Origin: Octopus vulgaris
Lineage: Eukaryota
Direction of reading: 5' to 3'
Assembly (NCBI GenBank): GCA_951406725.2
Contig: OX597824.1
Location: forward strand, 73,160,001 to 73,224,000
Length of the DNA stretch: 64,000 bases
In this document: piece after piece, positions 57,419 to 64,000 of the stretch
Layout of the letters: each line of letters begins with the position of its first letter
How positions within the stretch are numbered: position 1 is the stretch's first letter
Made by a program: the position numbers and the translations under genes
Notes under the pieces: generated by a model
Told to the model about the DNA's origin: nothing
Databases searched by the model: none
The model's input: only the letters and a program-made list of their open reading frames with translations

Positions 57419-57800
57419 TGGCATCCTTTTGTCTCGAGAGATAATGGAGTTACGCATGAACTAATCCAGTCTGGATTTTACATTTCATCTCCTCTCCAGA
57501 TTCCTCTCCAGTTTTGCGCAGGCCTGGGCAAGATGTAAGAAAACCTTGGGTAGCCCAATAGTCAGGATTCCTCTCTCGACCTTGCTAACGTAGTCCAAAG
57601 GAGTGCAGACCATTACGTGTTGGCACCAGTTTGGTTGCAGGAGCTGCCGGAAGAGTGTCGAGTCGAACACTAAACCGCCTCCACTCCGGATTTCTTTGAA
57701 GATTGTCTCCTTTCCGTAACCCTGGATAGGAACCCATACCGGGTACTGTCAGCCGGAGCCAGCTGAGCCTGAGACTCGTGTCAGGCAGGGTCGTCACTCC
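57419..57800 (-). mobile_element. Non-autonomous RTE-tailed retroposon with (CAA)n tail
   Basis: 3' ~70 nt homologous to the RTE 3' UTR at ~37222-37295 (TGAAATGTAAAA.CC.GACT.GATTA...CAACTCCATT.TCTC.CGAGACAAA.AGGATGCCAA). Confidence 0.75.
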
Positions 57801-57840
57801 CTGAAGTAGTGAAGGAAATCGCTACTCACTACATATATAC

Positions 57841-57876
<36 letters not shown>

Positions 57877-58135
57877 ATATGTGTGTGTGTATATCGATAT
57901 AAGGTGACGAGATGGCAGAATCGTTAGCACGCCGGACAAAATGCTTAGCTGTATTTCGTCCGTCTTTACGATCTGAGTTCAAATTCCGCTTTTCATCCTT
58001 ACTTGGTTAATAAAATACCACCTGAACACTGAATTCCCCAAAATTGGTGACACCCATAGCCACCGTTCCAAACAACCACAACGGTGAAACGTACGTAGGG
58101 AACAAATGATATAAATGTTTGTTTGTCATGATTTC

Positions 58136-58201
<66 letters not shown>

Positions 58202-58212
58202 GTATGTATATA

Positions 58213-58345
<133 letters not shown>

Positions 58346-59004
58346 TGAAATGGTTAAGTGGGTTCACACGGGTAAATTTATATTAAAAATAAAATGAAGA
58401 CAAATCTGTAGAATAGATTTAATAGGACAAGAGGAAACACGTAGGATGGAGAGTCACTGAAGAGGTCACAGGAAGTGTAACGAAAGATTTCAGACAAAGG
58501 ACACTTTAAAAAAAAAAAATAATAATAAACCTAAAGTGAAGAACGTGTGCTTGTTTTCATTTAGCAAAAAAAAGACCATCCCGTGTGTGTGTGTGTGTGT
58601 GTGTATACACATATACATATATACTTACATATTGTGTGTATGTCTCAGCGAATGTGCATGATTTGACAAGCAACTAAATCTTAAATCTTTGATTTTTAAT
58701 CAATAGTTTTCTTTTTTTTTTTTTATTACTAATCTGTTTCTTACAACAATGTCAACCGAAAGATTGTTTGTGAAACTATAAAATTACCTCTACCTCTCTA
58801 CTTCTTGGTGCAAAATAATCCCCTTAACCAGTTCATTATTGTTAATATTTTTACGATCTTCATATCTATTTTTATTAATTGGACTGGCATCTGTGAAACA
58901 AACTCCTCGAAAAATAACAGTTTTGTATAGTATGTCAGTGAATAAGTATATTATATATACTACCTTTTGATAAAGAAGTCAACTGTATATGTATACGAAC
59001 ATAT

Positions 59005-59405
59005 TACTCTCTTTTACTCTTTTACTTGTTTCAGTCATTTGACTGCGGACATGCTGGAGCACCGCCTTTAGTCGACCAAATCGACCCCGGGACTTATTCT
59101 TTGTAAGCCCAGTACTTATTCTATCGGTCTCCTTTTGCCGAACCGCTTAGTGACGGGGACGTAAACACACCAGCATCGGTTGTCAAGCAATGCTAGGGGG
59201 CCAAACACAGACACACAAACACACATACACACACACATATATATATATATATATACAGATATACGACAGGCTTCTTTCAGTTTCCGTCTACCAAATCCAC
59301 TCACAAGGCATTGGTCGGCCCGGGGCTATAGCAGAAGACACTTGCCCAAGATGTCACGCAGTGGGACTGAACCCGGAACCATGTGGTTGGTTAGCAAGCT
59401 ACTTA

Positions 59406-59470
<65 letters not shown>

Positions 59471-59746
59471 ATATATATATATACACGCACACACACACAC
59501 ATACGTACATGATGGCTGCAAACTCATGTTCCAGTATTGTTCCAGTATTGCCATCGCCTGATCGAAAGTTCCACGCAGGGGTGGCTGTGTGGTAAGTAGC
59601 TTGCTTACCAAGCACATGGTTCCGGGTTCATTCTCAGTGCGTGACACCTTGAGCAAGTGTCTTCTACTATAGCCTCGAGCCGACCAAAGTCTTGTGAGTG
59701 GATTTGGTAGACGGAAACTGAAAGAAGCCCGTCGTATATATGTATG

Positions 59747-59790
<44 letters not shown>

Positions 59791-59998
59791 CTTGTGTGTC
59801 TGTGTTTGTCTCCCACAACATCGTTTGACAACCGATGGTGGTGTGTTTGCGTCTCCGTAACTTAGCATAACTTAGGCAAAAGAGGCCGATAGAATAAGTA
59901 CTAGGCTTACAAAGAATAAGTCCTCAGGTTGATTTGCTTGACTAAAGGCGGCGCTCCAGCATGGCCGCAGTCAAATGACTTAAACAAGTAAAAGAGTA
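59005..59998. mobile_element. Head-to-head pair of family B SINEs (59005-59408 -, 59574-59998 +)
   Basis: Both near full length, ~165-bp spacer. Confidence 0.9.
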
Positions 59999-60411
59999 GG
60001 AGTATATGCGAAGGCGATGACCATTCATTTTTGTGATTGGTCTTACTTTTTTCTTTTCAAGCGATGCCTGTGCATGATGATGTTTTATAGTGGGGAAATC
60101 CAATCCCCCTCTCTGAACATGGATAACATAAACTCGAAAAGAAGAACTAAGTTACATCATCGAATATTGTTAGTGTCGCAGGTTTTCTCTCAGAGTTTCC
60201 CTCTCCTACAGTGATGTCGTGACAATAACAGAAGGGCCTCCCACTCCCTTAGGGCCAACCGCGCGCCTGAACACCAACCCAGGTATTTCCACGTCTCAGC
60301 GCATACATACACATGTACACATATTGTTGGATGCTCATGAGCTCTTCCGCCCTTGGACAGGTCTTATTTTTCGTCCTGCAGGGTGTCCAACAATTACCTT
60401 CCCACCAACCA

Positions 60412-60474
<63 letters not shown>

Positions 60475-60588
60475 GAAAATAGACAAAAGACGAAGGCAGG
60501 TTTACGGAAATAAACAAAAGACGAAGGCAGGTGGAATACAAACAAACAATTGTATTAGTATGGCGCTCAGGAATATAAATAAAACAAG

Positions 60589-60626
60589 TCTTTAACGTTT
60601 CGAGCCTACGCTCTTCAACAGAAAGA
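60589..60626 (-). ncRNA. Minimal type I hammerhead motif, CUGUUGA core, in a PLE-like terminal repeat (~60470-60680)
   Basis: Minus strand TCTTT-CTGTTGA-A-GAGC-GTAG-GCTC-GAAA-C-GTT-AAAGA. Confidence 0.7.
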
Positions 60627-60697
60627 TACACAGAGAAGAAACACAGAAAGAAGGAGAGAAAAAAATAGAGGCTAGCGAATCAACATGTATATATATA

Positions 60698-62140
60698 ATG
60701 GAGAGCATCCAGCAAGTAGCTAACTCCATCCACCAAAGTATCAAGGTAACTATAGATTACCCCACTAGGCACCCCAACAATAGACTCACCGTCCTTGATA
60801 CTGAACTTTGGTTGGATACTGTGAACAACAGAGTGCAGCTCCTCCACGCCTTTTACATGGAACCATGCTTCAAAATATGTTGTTCACAAGAATTCAGCTT
60901 TGTCACACTACATGAAAATCAACATACTGATAGGAGACTTAGTTAGGATAATGAACAACGTGTCCCCACTATGCAAACCCTATGAAACGAAGAGACATGT
61001 ACAGAACTTCATGCACCACATGCAGTTCTGTGGATATGATCGGAAAGATAGGGTTCGAGTATACAGGGGTGCTAGAAAGAAGTTAGATAACATTATATGT
61101 AATGAAACCAGTGGTACCTGCCCTAGATATAGAAGCGAATAGAATACAAAGACCTTGTGACAAAGCAAACAGGGTGAACACGTGGTATAAAAGGCGACGA
61201 GTTGGCAGAAACGTTAGCACCCCGGGCGAAATGCTTAGCGGTATTTCGTCTGCCGTGACGTTCTGAGTTCAAATTCCCCCGAGGTCGACTTTGCCTTTCA
61301 TCATTTCGGGGTCGATTAAATAAGTACCGGTTACGCACTGGGGTCGATATAATCAACTTAATCCGTTTGTCTGTCCTTGTTTGTCCCCTCTGTGTTTAGC
61401 CCCTTGTGGGTAATAAAGAAATAGGTATTTCGTCTGCCGTGACGTTCTGAGTTCAAATTCCGCCGAGGTCGACTTTGCCTTTCATCATTTCGGGGTCGAT
61501 TAAATAAGTACCGGTTACGCACTGGGGTCGATATAATCGACTTAATCCGTTTGTCTGTCCTTGTTTGTCCTCTCTGTGTTTAGCCCCTTGTGGGTAGTAA
61601 AGAAATAGGTATAAAACTGACAAATATCAAGGAGTGATGTTTGTATAGAGGACACAGTTCATGGAGAACTAGGCCGTAGATTTAGGAAAGCTCTGAAGGA
61701 GACCAAATTCAGCATTAAGATTATTGAAAAGCCAGGGAACTCCATCAGATCACAATTATGTAGGACGTACCCCTTTGAGAATACCATATGCACCAATGAG
61801 AACTGCGTGGTATGTAGGATTAACCCTGGCATTAACTGTAGAACTAGAAATGTAGTCTACAGCATAAGATGCATAGAAGGTGCTTGTAAAGACATGAACA
61901 TGACATACATAGAGGAGACATCTAGGAGCATTGCGGAAAGACTAAATGAACATTTGAGACAATATGACGACAAAAAACAGTCCTCCATGCTCTACCAACA
62001 TGCCAAGGACTAATATGGAGGCAACCTGGGTCAACTTGACATCTGCATTTTATCCAAGTACCCAAAGGACAAATACAGGAGTACGTCTTCATAAATGAAA
62101 CATCCCCAGTACTAAGTAGGAAATATACGTAGTAGGTAGT
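60698..62140 (+). mobile_element. Degenerate Penelope-like element (RT C-terminus plus GIY-YIG) interrupted by a SINE dimer
   Basis: IKVTIDYP......LTVLDTELW, FYMEP, MQFCGY, C...NCVVC, NCRTRNVVYSIRC...C...YIEETSRSIAERLNEH. Confidence 0.88.
61193..61607 (+). mobile_element. Dimeric SINE family A
   Basis: TSD GGTATAAAA at 61184-61192 and 61608-61616; same dimer junction (AGGTATTTCGTCTG) as 37438 copy. Confidence 0.92.
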
Positions 62141-62387
62141 CATACTGCCATGCCCACAGTTTATATTTATATAGAGGTAGAATAGTTAGTGGGATGTTAT
62201 ATAGATGAATGTATGTTGGTGTGTGTGTATATGCCTATGCACATGTATGCAGGCAAATGGATATGAAAGTAAACATACTGACGGATAGGTACATAGGTAA
62301 TATGAATAGACAAGCACACATTCACGCATACATATGCAAATGAAGACTGAAACATGTGACCATATACACACAAACTTCACTATATAT

Positions 62388-62601
62388 CTCTTTTACTTGT
62401 TTCAGTCATTTTACTGTTGCCATGCTGGAGCACCGCCTTTAGTCGAGCAAATCGACCCCAGGACTTATTCTTTGTAAGCCTAGTACTTATTCTATCGTTG
62501 TCTTTTGCCGAACCGCTAAGTTACAGGGACGTAAACATATCAGCATCACATCAGTTGTCAAGCGATGTTGCGAGGACAAACACAGACACACAAACATACA
62601 T

Positions 62602-62652
<51 letters not shown>

Positions 62653-62810
62653 CATATATATACGACGGGCTTCTTTCAGTTTCCGTCTACCAAATCCACT
62701 CACAAGGCTTTGGTCGGCCCGAGGCTATAGCAGAAGACACTTGCCCAAGGTGCCACGCAGTGAGACTGAACCCGGAACCATGTGGTTGGTAAGCAAGCAA
62801 CTTACCACAC
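62388..62810 (-). mobile_element. SINE family B
   Basis: Consensus match. Confidence 0.88.
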
Positions 62811-63501
62811 AAATTTTATGTATGTACACCACTATAAACAAATCATTTCTGCAGGTCGTTCGGCAAAAGCTGAACATTTATGTGTCGTCTTCGACGAGAG
62901 AGTCCATCATCTTATATATGTACATACATACATACATACATCAACAATTAAACAAGAAGAGGGATTACTTCAACATGTTTTTGTTACATGTTATTCTGTG
63001 TTCTGAATACTTTTATTTTAATAAATGTTGCTTACTGCAAGTTATGGATTATTCTTTTATGACTTCATTGCTTTCAGGCTTAGCTTAAGGTATTTTCGCG
63101 CCCGACATCACAAAATGCGTCTGAATAAACATAGCCAGACAGCAAATAGAGACTTGGACATTGCTTAGAAAATATCTTTCGTTTTTAACCTCGTATATAG
63201 TACGCACTAAGGATTTTGACCATTAAATTTTGGGGGGAAAGTGCGGATTATACTCGGGGATTTACAGTACAAGTTATTTTGCATTTGAACTGCGAGAATT
63301 GAAAGTTAAAAGACAACAGCAGCGAACTCATATACACACCTGATATAACAAGCGACTGAATTAGACTTCTTTGATCTTTACGTACATATACATATACGTG
63401 TATATATAAATCCTCTCTCTCTCTCTCTCTCTTTAATATGTGTGTGTGTTTGTGTGTGTATGTATGTATAACTGTACATGTCTGTATATGTGTGTGTGTA
63501 A

Positions 63502-63550
<49 letters not shown>

Positions 63551-63856
63551 CAGTTTATAAGAAGAATGTGGACTTCAGTTGCTTGTCTGTTCATGTTCAT
63601 TCGCTGACATTTCCCCCTCCCCTCCACTAATTTTTTCCAGTTCAAATACAAGATAGCTGTCTTTACATGTTTTTCTTTATTTGTTTGTTTGTTTGTTTGT
63701 TTTTTTCTTTGTTTGTTTGTTTTTCTTTTAAACATTTTCCCCCTCGGGATGGATTAGTTTTCTTCATTTACGCTGCTTCATTACTCTGTATCGCGTGTTT
63801 GTGAGTGTGTGTGTGAACGTGGTTAGATTTTGTGTGTGCATATATATATACTCAGT

Positions 63857-64000
63857 GGAGGCACAATGGCCTAGTGGTTAGGGCAGCGGACTCGCGGTCA
63901 TAGGATCGCGGTTTCGATTCCCAGACCGGGCGTTGTGAGTGTTTATTGAGCGAAAACACCTAAAAGAACTCCACGAGTCTCCGGCAGGGGATGGTGGTGA
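63857..64000 (+). mobile_element. SINE family C, cut by the window end
   Basis: Near-identical to 34786-34930. Confidence 0.88.

Noticed and set aside
62820-63270. Possible CDKL exon 2 after TTTCTGCAG at ~62854
   Set aside because: No kinase subdomain IV-V similarity in any frame; ends in a transposon-like terminus (GGATTATACTCGGGATTTACAGTA)

Overview
AT-rich, microsatellite-saturated animal genomic DNA. The SINE, LINE and simple-repeat complement suggests a coleoid cephalopod (Octopus-like), but that is an inference from repeat style. There is one confident host coding exon: the first coding exon of a CDKL1/4-type cyclin-dependent kinase-like gene (39421-39588, +). I found no second exon by eye, so intron 1 probably runs past the window end (>24 kb). 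Almost everything else is mobile DNA: at least four tRNA-headed SINE families (many nested, several with clear TSDs), R4/Dong-, RTE- and CR1-type LINE fragments, a deleted Gypsy LTR element, mariner/Tc1/pogo relics and MITEs, Helitron-like non-autonomous elements and Penelope-like (PLE) RT/GIY-YIG fragments. The most interesting signal is invisible in the ORF track: about 8-10 type I hammerhead ribozyme motifs from several unrelated families, mostly abutting (TA)n tracts. They include a tandem pair 484 nt apart (retrozyme-like), a three-copy family with a conserved non-canonical CUGUYGA core, one inside an inverted-repeat element and one fused to a tRNA-like Pol III head at the 3' end of a PLE. 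There are also long fold-back palindromes (up to ~257-bp arms) and a candidate RFX X-box/NRF1/CCAAT promoter at ~15.0-15.1 kb. Most listed ORFs are microsatellite or SINE artefacts. All coordinates were counted by hand; repeat boundaries are approximate unless a TSD or TIR is quoted.
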